NCBI GenBank assembly: GCA_965217185.1
Contig: OZ244252.1
Location: 3,904,001 to 3,968,000, forward strand
DNA: 64,000 nt
From: an uncultured Candidatus Entotheonella sp.
Lineage (GTDB): Bacteria; Tectomicrobia; Entotheonellia; Entotheonellales; Entotheonellaceae
Reading direction: 5' to 3'
In this document: piece by piece, positions 50,912 through 60,428 of the stretch
Numbering within the stretch: the stretch's first letter is position 1
Layout of the letters: each line of letters starts with the position of its first letter
Notes under the pieces: generated by a model
Databases searched by the model: none
The model's input: only the letters and a program-made list of their open reading frames with translations
What the model was told of the DNA's origin: nothing
Position numbers and translations under genes: made by a program

Positions 50912-51002
50912 ATGCAGAATGAACACGAGCGTGAGGCTCGGATTTTATCCGGAGGCGGTGTCCCTTCTTGTCATCCGGGTTGGGGAAGACGCTCATGCGT
51001 AG
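50912..51002 (+). pseudogene. Probable 3' relic of brxHII helicase
   Basis: EREARI/YPEAVSLLVIRVGEDAHA* ends overlapping the pglZ start, resembling the BrxHII C-terminus as remembered. Confidence 0.55.
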
Positions 51003-53001
51003 CTGGCGCGACCAGATTCTCAGAGAGTTCGTGCCCAATGTATCCCGGCTGACCCTGGTTGCCGACCCCGACGGGCTGCTTCTGGAAGAAGACATTCTGG
51101 CAGGCATACGCCAGCGGGGTTTTGATCTGATCCCATTCGGGGACCCCATCGCCTTTCGGTATGACTACGAATCGAAGTTCCGCTGCCGCTGGGACCGAGG
51201 TGAGCAGGCGGAGTTGGTGGTCGTGCTGCACGCCGCGGCCAGCGAACTGGACCGCTTGCCATACGATCTGCTCCAAGCCGGTCGCCGCCTGTCGTTCAGC
51301 CTTGGCGAGATTTTCCCCACCCTGAGCTATCCCGTCGTCACCGCCTTGGACCGGACAGAACTGGACGCGCTTTACGATGCCCAGGAACGCCTCACTCCCG
51401 GCATGTTGGGCGACAACGCGACCAAGGAATTCGTTCTCCGGCATGTTTTCGAGATTGAACCGGAACGAATTGGGGAGCCGTCTGACCTGCTGCGCGTGCT
51501 GCTGCGTCGCCATCACCGCAATCAGCGAATCCCCGCCATGCTGGATGAACACTTGGTCCACGTCCTCCGGCAACAGAACGGGTTTGATAATTGGCCCCTC
51601 GAGACGATCATCCCGGACCGGGAGGCTTTTTTCGCCTTCCTCCAGGAACGCTGGCCCGCCTTTCTTGACCAATCGGCACCTCAGGATGGAACCGGTATTC
51701 GCGAAGATGAGCAATCCTACGGCTTTGAATTCCCGGGGCCTTCGGACTTGCCCTTTGGCCATGACGACGTCCGCATCTACATCGACAGCCTGTTCCTTGA
51801 AGGATTTCTCGAAGCCGTACCCCACGAGCAGGCCGAATCCTTGTCAACATCCTGGCTCGCCGTCGGCATCCGAACGGACGACCCGACGAATCGGACGCAG
51901 CGGATAGCCACCCTCCTCGATACCTTGGCATCCGACATTCCGCAGGCGGACACACGGCACAGCGACTGGTTCCGCTTTGCCAGGGCCTGGGCCGAACTGG
52001 TTGTTTTGGCTCAGGATTCGGACGCGATGTTGCCGGAGCCAGCACGCCGGAAGATGGAAAAACTGCACGCGCAGATCGATGCTGCGCTCGTATCCTGGCT
52101 GGCCAAACGCTACGCCGGCTTGGTGAACCTGCCGCCAGTTCCGCCGGTCATGCTTCACCACGTTCCCCGTCTTCTCTCCAGGCACGTCAACACCGCCAGA
52201 GAACACAAGGTCGCACTCGTCGTGGTGGACGGCCTTTCGTTGGCGCAATGGCTTGTCATCCGCAAGGAGCTTTCCAGGCAACGCCCCGCGTACCGCTTCC
52301 GGGAGAACGCGGTGTTTGCCTGGATTCCGACCCTCACGTCCGTCTCGCGTCAGGCGGCCTTCGCAGGGAAGCCGCCTGTCTATTTTCCAAATAGCATCTA
52401 TTCCACGGACAAAGAACCGGCATTGTGGGCGCAATTCTGGGTGGACCAGGGGCTGACACAGCAAGAAGTCGCGTACGCCAAGGGGCTGGGTGACGGTGCT
52501 CTGGAAAACGTGGAAGCGATCATTGCCCGGCCAAAGACACGCGTCGTCGGTTTGGTTGTCGACAAAGTCGACAAGATCATGCACGGCATGGAACTCGGCA
52601 CCGCGGGGATGCACAACCAAGTCCGACTGTGGGCCGGTCAACCGTTCATGGCCAACCTTGTAGACCTGCTTCTGGGAAACGGATTCCGTATTTTCCTGAC
52701 TTCGGATCATGGCAATATCGAAGCGACCGGGTGTGGGCGTCCCGGAGAGGGGGCAATTGCGGATCTGCGAGGGGAGCGGGCTCGAATCTATCCGAATGCT
52801 TTACTTCGCGGTCAGGTCAAGGCGCGATTTCCGGACGCCCTGGAATGGCCGCCGATTGGGCTGCCGGACGACTATCTGCCCCTGCTGGCCCCTGGCCGTT
52901 CGGCGTTCGTGCGGGAGACGGAACGCCTTGTCGGCCACGGCGGCGCTTCGCTTGAAGAACTGGTCGTCCCTCTCGTGCAGATCGAACGGAGGGACGTATG
53001 A
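50995..53001 (+). CDS. pglZ: BREX-3 phosphatase PglZ
   Basis: WRDQIL.EF, VVDGLS..QW, FAWIPTLTSVSRQA, TSDHGN, HGGASLEE. Confidence 0.92.
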   Translation: MRSWRDQILREFVPNVSRLTLVADPDGLLLEEDILAGIRQRGFDLIPFGDPIAFRYDYESKFRCRWDRGEQAELVVVLHAAASELDRLPYDLLQAGRRLSFSLGEIFPTLSYPVVTALDRTELDALYDAQERLTPGMLGDNATKEFVLRHVFEIEPERIGEPSDLLRVLLRRHHRNQRIPAMLDEHLVHVLRQQNGFDNWPLETIIPDREAFFAFLQERWPAFLDQSAPQDGTGIREDEQSYGFEFPGPSDLPFGHDDVRIYIDSLFLEGFLEAVPHEQAESLSTSWLAVGIRTDDPTNRTQRIATLLDTLASDIPQADTRHSDWFRFARAWAELVVLAQDSDAMLPEPARRKMEKLHAQIDAALVSWLAKRYAGLVNLPPVPPVMLHHVPRLLSRHVNTAREHKVALVVVDGLSLAQWLVIRKELSRQRPAYRFRENAVFAWIPTLTSVSRQAAFAGKPPVYFPNSIYSTDKEPALWAQFWVDQGLTQQEVAYAKGLGDGALENVEAIIARPKTRVVGLVVDKVDKIMHGMELGTAGMHNQVRLWAGQPFMANLVDLLLGNGFRIFLTSDHGNIEATGCGRPGEGAIADLRGERARIYPNALLRGQVKARFPDALEWPPIGLPDDYLPLLAPGRSAFVRETERLVGHGGASLEELVVPLVQIERRDV

Positions 53002-53768
53002 ACGGACGGGAAACCCAGATCGGCTTCAGCCAGCGTGTCCGGCTTGAGTGGTTCGATCAGACAACCAATCTGCTATTGGCTGGGAATGACAAGGCCCTGA
53101 TCAATGACTCGCTCCAACATCTGTTGCGGGACAGGGTTTCAATCGGTAGTGAAGCGGCCAGGGGCAACAGGGAAAAGGTGATCACCATCCTGTTGAAGAC
53201 CTGGATTACCGTGCCTCCCGAGTTGGAAAAGCTACGGGACGAGGGCCTGAATATACTGCCATCACTCGCTCGCGAAGACCGAATTGCTATTCACTGGGGC
53301 ATGGCGTTGGCGGCCTACCCTTTCTGGGGCGCGGTCGCGGCGCACACCGGCAGACTTCTGCGGCTTCAGGGAACAGCCGCGGCAGCGCACGTCCAGAGGC
53401 GGGTCAGGGAGGAATACGGTGAACGCGAAACCGCATCACGGGCTGCCCGGCGCGTGCTGCGATCATTCATCGATTGGGGTGTTTTGAGCGAGACGCGTGA
53501 CAAGGGCGTCTATGTTCAAGGAAAGCAAGTCTCGTTTGAGGAACCCAAGCTTATCGCCTGGATGGTGGAGGCGTCTCTCCATTCCCGTTCGAGCGGCTCC
53601 GCCGCCACAAAAGACCTGCTGGACAGTCCAAACATCTTTCCATTCCGCTTGACCCATATCTCAGCCGACCACTTGGCCTCCCTGTCGCCTCGCCTGGATA
53701 TCCTGCGGCACGGGCTGAATGACGATCTTGTGATGCTGCGCAAAGATGGTGCGAATCCGGCGCTATAG
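52998..53768 (+). CDS. BREX-3 BrxA-like protein
   Basis: IGFSQRVRLEW, HWGM..AYPF, YGERE..RAARRVLRS..DWG; last gene after pglZ. Confidence 0.72.
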   Translation: MNGRETQIGFSQRVRLEWFDQTTNLLLAGNDKALINDSLQHLLRDRVSIGSEAARGNREKVITILLKTWITVPPELEKLRDEGLNILPSLAREDRIAIHWGMALAAYPFWGAVAAHTGRLLRLQGTAAAAHVQRRVREEYGERETASRAARRVLRSFIDWGVLSETRDKGVYVQGKQVSFEEPKLIAWMVEASLHSRSSGSAATKDLLDSPNIFPFRLTHISADHLASLSPRLDILRHGLNDDLVMLRKDGANPAL

Positions 53769-53818
53769 CCATCCACCGAGTCCACGCCAAGCCTGCCACT
53801 GACGCACGTCAAAGCTGC

Positions 53819-53969
53819 CCGCTGCATCCCCAAGGCCGCCGCGACCGCACCCCCGCCAGCGAAACCTGCGGCATCAAACCAACCGGTCAGCCCTTCTCCA
53901 ATACACCCCGCCCGGTCCCACCATGTGCACCCGCTGCCCCTCCGGCACGTACTTCTTACCGGGTCAAGT
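53819..53969 (+). repeat. Direct repeat copy 2 (degenerate), right of BREX cluster
   Basis: Matches 40002-40194 with an internal deletion of about 40 nt and small indels. Confidence 0.9.
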
Positions 53970-54098
53970 AGAAAGGCAGGGGTGCAAGTCAGCTCTCGAT
54001 CATCACATTTCGACCCCACCGAAGGCCCGCGGCTATAGAAAACACCTGAATGACTGGACTCAGGAACGTCGACGCTACTGAGTCCAAGCCAACAATAC

Positions 54099-54127
54099 TT
54101 GACGATTGTCTATGCAAACGGTATACA
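54099..54127 (+). promoter_or_regulatory. Sigma70-type promoter with overlapping palindrome for the TA operon
   Basis: TTGACG-N17-TATACA; imperfect inverted repeat TGTCTA..TATACA. Confidence 0.55.
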
Positions 54128-54173
54128 CCAGCCAAGTCAAATCGTATATATCCTGGGTCAGAAGGACGGTCAA

Positions 54174-54431
54174 ATGGGTCAAGTGAACTTCCGAATGAAA
54201 GACGAGCGTTTGGCGCTCATCGATCGGGCCGCAGCGATTCGCGGCGTGACGCGTACCGAATTCGTGCTTCGTTCGAGCGAAGCGGCGGCAATCGAGACGT
54301 TGAATGAACGCCCTGTCATTACGCTCGATGAAGAGGCCTACAACGCATTCATTACCGCGCTCGATGCGCCGGTGGACCCCGACGAACAACTGAAAGAACG
54401 GTATGCCCGTACGCCGCTATGGCAACGATAA
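54174..54431 (+). CDS. DUF1778 (TacA-like RHH) antitoxin
   Basis: VNFRM..LIDRAA..TEFVL..F..ALDAP. Confidence 0.85.
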   Translation: MGQVNFRMKDERLALIDRAAAIRGVTRTEFVLRSSEAAAIETLNERPVITLDEEAYNAFITALDAPVDPDEQLKERYARTPLWQR

Positions 54432-54922
54432 GCGCTCCGCAGGCTCTCAACGAACGTCATGACGTCTCGCGGTTCGACTCCGGGGTGCTCAGCCTCAACA
54501 CCTGGCTGCAGCGCAAGGCCCGGTTGAACGAGGTCAAGGGTGGCGCACGAACGTACGTGGCCTGCGAAGGCAACCGGGTAATCGGATTTTACAGCCTGGC
54601 AGCCAGCGCAGTGGAAAGGCGACGGGTGTCGTCGCGCGTTGGCAGAAGCATGCCTGAGCCGATACCAGTGATCTTGTTGGGACAACTGGCGGTAGATACG
54701 GCCTGGCAAGGAAGAGGCCTGGGGTCCGACCTGTTGGTCGATGCCGGGAAACGAGCGTTGGCGGCGGCCGAGGTGATTGGCGCGCGTGCCATTATCGTTC
54801 AGGCACTCGACGAAGAAACCAAGACGTTCTACGAGCGGTTTGGCTTCTTGCCATTTTCACCCCGTGAACCCCTCATGCTGATTCTCCGTATTTCTGAACT
54901 CAAGGCTGTGCTTGAACAGTAG
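54419..54922 (+). CDS. GNAT-family toxin (TacT/AtaT-like)
   Basis: HDVSRFDSG..LN.WL, IGFYSL, PIPVILLGQLAVD..QGRGLG, FYERFGF. Confidence 0.88.
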   Translation: MATISAPQALNERHDVSRFDSGVLSLNTWLQRKARLNEVKGGARTYVACEGNRVIGFYSLAASAVERRRVSSRVGRSMPEPIPVILLGQLAVDTAWQGRGLGSDLLVDAGKRALAAAEVIGARAIIVQALDEETKTFYERFGFLPFSPREPLMLILRISELKAVLEQ

Positions 54923-55008
54923 ACGCGTGTCTGAGTTCAGCACCCCCGAAAGCGCCTAGCGCAGCACATCCGTGCCACCCATGACCATTTCTCTCGAACA
55001 AGATACTA

Positions 55009-55859
55009 GGGCCTGTTGACATTCACATAGTCTCTCGGCTGTAATGGAAGGGAATACAACCCCAATCCATACCAGCCAAGAGGAGGTGGGCGCATGGTGC
55101 GAAGAATCCTCAGCGACTCGCAATGGGCGCGTGTGGCGCTGCTGTTACCCGGAAAGGACGGCGATCCTGGACGATCCGCAAGAGACAATCGGGAGTTCCT
55201 CGAAGCCGTTTTGTGGATTGCTCGTACCGGTTCGCCGTGGCGTGACTTGCCCGACGAGTTCGGGCTGTGGAACTCGGTCTTTCAACGCTTCCGCAGGTGG
55301 GCACTCAAAGGCGTCTTCGAGCGCGTTTTCAAGGTCTTGTCGGTCGATGCCGACTTCGAGTACGTGCTCATCGACGGCACCATCGTGCGCCTCCATCAAC
55401 ACGGTGCCGGGGCAAAAGGGGGACCCAAAGCCAAGCCATCGGTCGCTCGCGAGGGGGGCCAAGCACGAAGATCAGCGTGATGGTCGACGCCCTGGGCAAC
55501 TTGGTGGATTTTGTGCTGCTGCCGGGCCAGCGCCATGATTTGATCGGTGTTGCTGCCTTGCTTGATGGCGTCGAGTTCGAGGCGCTGATTGCAGACCGGG
55601 CCTACGACAGCAACGCCCTGCGCGACGAGTTGAAAGAGCGCGGTGCGACGGCGGTGATTCCCCCCAGATCGAATCGCGTCGATGAGATCGACTACGACCG
55701 GGAGATGTACAAGTGGCGTCATCTGGTGGAGAATTTCTTTTGTAACCTCAAGCAGTTCCGTCGTCTTGCGATGCGTTTTGAGAAGACGGATGTGAGCTAC
55801 GCCGCGATGATACATGTGGTGAGTTCTCGCTTGGCACTTGCCTAAATGTCAACAGGCCC
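55009..55859 (+). mobile_element. IS5-family (IS427-like) element, apparently intact
   Basis: 15-bp perfect TIR GGGCCTGTTGACATT; TA duplication in a CTAG target. Confidence 0.92.
55094..55845 (+). CDS. IS5/IS427-like transposase in two ORFs joined by probable -1 frameshift at AAAAGGGGG (~55414)
   Basis: RTGSPWRDLP, IDGT, IGRSRGG..TK, ADRAYD, YKWRHLVENFF..LKQFR. Confidence 0.88.
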
Positions 55860-55927
55860 TAGGTGATTCCCTAACTCATATGTAAACTTGTCCTCCTACC
55901 TCATCAAGCGAAAAGGGAGATTAGCTA

Positions 55928-57007
55928 ATGCTCGCTCATACGCCGGATCAGCTTTCGCAGCAACTGGGAAAACAGAGACGAACAGTAGATTTCGATACAT
56001 TCGACATTCAACTACAGCAACTGTTGTGGATGTTGGCTGAGGGACAAGTGTCGGTAGCCCCAGCATATCAACGCCAATTTCGCTGGGACGAAACGCGCTG
56101 CTCTGAGCTAATCGAATCTCTGATACTCGGCATCCCTGTTCCCAATCTGTTTATGGCAACAAATGACGACAACACTTGGGAAACAGTCGATGGAGTCCAG
56201 CGTTTGAGCGCAATAGTCAAATTTGCAGGCGATGAAAATTTGCGTAACGATCTTAGTTTGGGTCACGCACTTGAACTCAGCAATCTAAAGAAGCTCAGTC
56301 TATTCAATGGTCTAAGGTTCAATAATCTGCCGACGCTCATTCAACAGCACGTAAGAACCCGTCCTATAAAGGTTGTGACCCTGAACGACAAAAGTGACAA
56401 GATTATAAGATTTGACCTGTTTGAACGCCTCAACAAGGGAGGAGTCTCGTTGACAAATCAAGAAATACGGGATTGCGTATTTCAAGGAAGGTTCGCTGAT
56501 AAGCTAGACGAACTAGCGAGAACTGACGACTTTCAGACGATTGTAAAATTGTCCGCAAGCAAAAAGAAAGATGGTACTTTGGAAGAATGCGTTCTCCGCT
56601 TTTTTGCATTCACGGACCGTTACCGAGAATTCGATCACAGTGTGGAGGATTTTCTTAATGGTTATATGAAAGATGCTTCCAATAGTTTCGACTACGATAC
56701 CCGCCAGTCGGAATTCAAGAACGTGTTTTCAAGACTTGCAGAGGTGTTTCCCGACGGCATAAGGCGACCGGGCGGCAAGGGTACGACGCCAATAAATCTC
56801 TATGAAGGAGTGGCCGTTGGAGCCGCTCTAGCCTTAAAGAAGAATAAAGACCTTGTTGTCAAGGATGTTGAAGCCTGGATGGACTCGGATGAACTACGCG
56901 ATTTTACTACAAGCGCGACAAACAGCCGTAACGCAGTAAGGGGACGTATAGAGTTTTGCCGTGACCGGTTTTTGGGAGAGGCACATGTCCCTAGCGCTGA
57001 AGGGTGA
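55928..57007 (+). CDS. DUF262 (ParB-like/GmrS-type) domain protein
   Basis: PAYQRQFRW, LIESLILGIPVP, VDGVQRL, FERLNKGG..LT.QEIR. Confidence 0.88.
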   Translation: MLAHTPDQLSQQLGKQRRTVDFDTFDIQLQQLLWMLAEGQVSVAPAYQRQFRWDETRCSELIESLILGIPVPNLFMATNDDNTWETVDGVQRLSAIVKFAGDENLRNDLSLGHALELSNLKKLSLFNGLRFNNLPTLIQQHVRTRPIKVVTLNDKSDKIIRFDLFERLNKGGVSLTNQEIRDCVFQGRFADKLDELARTDDFQTIVKLSASKKKDGTLEECVLRFFAFTDRYREFDHSVEDFLNGYMKDASNSFDYDTRQSEFKNVFSRLAEVFPDGIRRPGGKGTTPINLYEGVAVGAALALKKNKDLVVKDVEAWMDSDELRDFTTSATNSRNAVRGRIEFCRDRFLGEAHVPSAEG

Positions 57008-57629
57008 AGTGAAGGAGCGATTTGACGCTATTGAAGAATTTCTTAACGCCACAAATGGACTACAACAACGTCAGGTTGTGGTAGCAAAAGGCTTGGCGTT
57101 CGTTCAGATATACGCTATCTATGAAGATACCGTGAGAAAAACTGTAAGCGAAGCGATTGACTCGATAAAGGCACACAATCATGAGATTAGAGAACTATCG
57201 CCGTCCCTTATGGCACTCTTTTTGGATCCTGAGCTAAGGTCAGTGCGAGACTCTGGGCGAAAGAATGAATGGGATAGTAGGCTCAAATTGTTTGAACGTG
57301 TATTTTCAAGACAAAAGGCAGACCTTTCAAGCGATACTGCTCTGCCCACGGACGGAACGCACTATCGGTATGATCAATTGGTCCTAATATTTCAGGTGTT
57401 TGGTATCAAGCGCCTTCCGGTACCTAGACGTAGACACATACAACGTATACGGGAAGTTGTGGACCATAGAAATGCTATTGCCCACGGTAGCGAGACACCT
57501 GAGGATATTGGACGCAGATACACTCGAACTGAGATTCGGAAAGCTATTGAACAGATACGAAGCATTTGCATGCTGTGGGTGCGGGTTTTTGACGAGTATT
57601 GCGCTGAGCCAACTCGTCATCGCAGATAG
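56985..57629 (+). CDS. HEPN-domain putative RNase (MAE_28990-like)
   Basis: Y..YE helix and RNAIAHG (Rx4H) motif; overlaps the DUF262 gene. Confidence 0.75.
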   Translation: MSLALKGEVKERFDAIEEFLNATNGLQQRQVVVAKGLAFVQIYAIYEDTVRKTVSEAIDSIKAHNHEIRELSPSLMALFLDPELRSVRDSGRKNEWDSRLKLFERVFSRQKADLSSDTALPTDGTHYRYDQLVLIFQVFGIKRLPVPRRRHIQRIREVVDHRNAIAHGSETPEDIGRRYTRTEIRKAIEQIRSICMLWVRVFDEYCAEPTRHRR

Positions 57630-57758
57630 CAAGCTTTTTGTCTACAAGCACAAACTCCTTGGATTCGGCGGTAGGAAGACCGCTTACACATTTGATCACC
57701 CGGTCGAAGAGAGTACCGGCGTCCACACAGGCCAAGCCCTTCGTGATCTGATTGGAGG

Positions 57759-58109
57759 TCATCTGTCGTCCCCTTGTTCGATTTCCCGGCGCACGATCCA
57801 GGCAGCCATCGGGTTGATGTCGAAGCCGTGTACGTCGCAACCCAGGCGGTTCGCCTCGATCAAGGGCGTGCCGCCGCCCATGAACGGATCTGCAATGCGG
57901 ATGCCGGAAAAGTCGTTGCATCGGAAGAAGGTGCGGTCCAGGCGGTCGTTCCCGAATTCCGCCAGGAGAAGGGCGCGAAACAGCGTTCCGGGACGGCGGG
58001 CAAACCATTTGTGGACACCAATAATCGGGCGGTAGTTCTGCTGAATCTGTTTCTCTCGCAACGCCATGGCACCGACGAAAGAAACATCGAAACGTTGTTC
58101 GATAGTCAT
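57759..58109 (-). pseudogene. Truncated 5' part of a DUF1156-type DNA methyltransferase
   Basis: REKQIQQNYRP..HKWFARRPG..DPFMGGGT..EANRLG..DINP; stops after 116 aa without a DPPY motif. Confidence 0.8.
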
Positions 58110-58254
58110 GACCGCCCCTCGGGTAACTGGCTTGGTGTGGTTGCACCGGCGGGTCGCGATTGCTCCCCAAACCGGCCAGCCTTGCGCCTTGCCCACGCAT
58201 CATCACGATACCCCCTCAGTATAGCGTGAATCTGTTCTCACAGGTTTGCCCCCC

Positions 58255-58798
58255 TCAGCTACCCACCGCCTCGGCAGCCGCGTCTTTCATGGTACCGGCC
58301 AGGACGGCGTAAGTGGCGGTCCAGGCGTCGTTGACCTCGGAGGTGAAGAGGTCCCCGAGGCCCTGTTCAAGAGTCCACAGCAGCGCTGCAGCCACCGTGT
58401 CGTAATGCCGATCCTGCACGCCGTAGCCCGATGTGGCGCTTGCCGAGGTTGCGCACGACGGAGACGATATCCTCAAGGCGATGGAGGTTCTTGACCGCAA
58501 CGCCGATGGTTTGCATGAGTTTGCGCTTCTGCTCCGACAGGTCGGTTTGGGCGAACAGCGGCTTGATCTCCGGGTCGAGCTCGAACAGCTTGCCGTAGAA
58601 CAGCGTCGCGGCCTGATCGGCGATGGGCGCGACGTGGCCCCAGGTGGACTGCACCAGCTCGATTTGCTGCGCCGTAATGGGACCGTCGGCGTCAACCAAC
58701 GGATCCGGCGCGATTTCCTCAGTCTCGGCAACCGGCGCCGCCGCAATGGCGGCCGGACTGCTCATGAACGATCCGAGCAGGGTGGATAGCAGGCTCAT
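58255..58798 (-). pseudogene. Single-domain globin (flavohaemoglobin-like globin domain), frameshift at ~58428
   Basis: LVQSTW..FY.KLFELDP..LF..QKRKLM..LGKRH then YGV..HY.TV..ALLWTL..AW..Y in the adjacent frame. Confidence 0.85.
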
Positions 58799-59280
58799 GA
58801 GTGTCTCCTTCCTCTCAGTTTTCAGGATCGGACGTTCTTCCCGGTAACCATCTCGGCGGCCCATGCGAAACATCTGCGTGGGTGGGCAGCGCCTTGTCGT
58901 CCTGCCGGTGTTCGCTTCTCTTCATCACCAAAGGCCCCAGGCGCCGAGAGCCTGCATGGAACCTGAATGAATAGGCGGGATGAACGAAGGTGGGAAAATG
59001 GCAGGAAGGACGATGCAATGGCGCTCTGGGTGGCATGGCCAATTCCGTGTCGGTATCGGGAGCACGACGTGGTACGTGGCGACGGCATGGAATCGAGGGG
59101 TAACTCATGTTTCCCGTTCGTCCTCTATAGATGGGGACGGCTTGCATCTGAAGCCGTTCTCGCAGGCAGGGTTGGTAATTCGCCATTCCGCTGTTCCATA
59201 CAGACTTCTGCTGTCGGATGTTGATCCGACCTTCGTATAGCTGGCCCGGCTTGGCGCCGAATCCAACGGTTCGACTATCG

Positions 59281-59298
59281 AAGCGAAAATCGTGCCAA
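59281..59298 (-). promoter_or_regulatory. Putative sigma54 (-24/-12) promoter facing the globin gene
   Basis: Minus strand TTGGCACGATTTTCGCTT with canonical GG-N10-GC spacing. Confidence 0.4.
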
Positions 59299-59732
59299 GT
59301 CTTTGGAAAGCGGATAAATCCTTTGTACAAAGAAGGTTAGGAGATCGATGCGGGAAGATGAGGGGTGTCTGGATGATGCGGAATGCAACGACCTGAGAGG
59401 AATTGAGGGAGAAAAGGGAGGCGGCCAACTCTCCCAATTCGTGGCGTTTATGGCGTGGTCAGTGGGGAAAGTCCGCGGGTGTGCTGATTTGAAACTCTGT
59501 TGCAGGTTGCATAGGCGAGACCAAAACGAATTCAATCGTCAACCGACTCGATAAGGTGTCGAAGGGGAGTCTGACTTTTTGGGACGGAGCTTGATATCAT
59601 GCGGCGGCGTGCCGCTGGGGTATGCCCAATTGGGGCGGAGGCTTTGGGGGCTCTGGCAGGGCAAGGCACCGATCATAGAGTGAGCCACGAGGTACCCTGC
59701 CCCTGATCTGTCCTTACGAAGGGAGCACTGCT

Positions 59733-60269
59733 ATGCCGGCCTATCGATTCTCCTCACTTTTCCTGTTCCTGTTTCTGCTGAGTTCGATCGTTCCTGGCGC
59801 CCTGGCTGACGACCTCAATGTCTCCTTCGCCGACCCGGCATGGGATGGCAAAAAGATCCCGGACGGCCAGCAATGTACGAAATTCGGGGGCAAGGGCGGG
59901 ACCCCAGCGTTGCAGGTCGACAACATTCCTGCCGGAACGAACGCGATCATCGTGGAGTTCAACGATCGGGATTACCAACCCCTATCCCGGAACGGCGGAC
60001 ACGGCAAGATTGGTTTCTGGATTTTGGAGGGCTCAAGCAGCGCCCTGTTGCCTTCAGTCCCGGGAGAGACCAACGACCTGCCGGAAGGCAGCTTCGTCGA
60101 AAAAGGCAATCGGGCAACCGGTGCCCATGCGCGGCCCGGCTACCTGCCGCCTTGTTCGGGAGGCCGGGGCAATCGCTATTTCGCCGAGGTAAAGGCAGTG
60201 TAGAAGGTCGAAGGGAAGAAGAAGCCGAAAGTGCTCGCCAAGACGAGAATCCAGTTGGGTCGCTACTGA
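59733..60269 (+). pseudogene. Secreted hypothetical protein (possibly PEBP/YbhB-like) with in-frame TAG at 60201-60203
   Basis: Signal peptide; TPAL.V.NIP, GGHG, YLPPCSGGRGNRY; frame continues KVEGKKK..IQLGRY to TGA 60269. Confidence 0.6.
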
Positions 60270-60324
60270 CACCAGGCACTGCCCGGACAGCCGGCGAAAC
60301 TTTTGGCACGGCTGCCCACGCAAG

Positions 60325-60359
60325 AATGCCCTGGCAAGCACAGGGCTCGCCAGGGCATT
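60325..60359. terminator. Hairpin between convergent genes
   Basis: AATGCCCTGGC..GCCAGGGCATT 11-bp perfect stem; no clear U-tract. Confidence 0.4.
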
Positions 60360-60428
60360 GCAAGGAACGACCCCTGCGGCATGCCTATGCACAGCAATAC
60401 TCTCGGGAGATGGAAGGCTTTCGAGATG

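Noticed and set aside
24015..60203. Amber read-through or pyrrolysine suggested by in-frame TAG codons at 24015 and 60201
   Set aside because: In-frame TAA (19007) and TGA (17936) lesions also occur, many intact genes end in TAG, and no pyl genes are visible. Point mutation is simpler.
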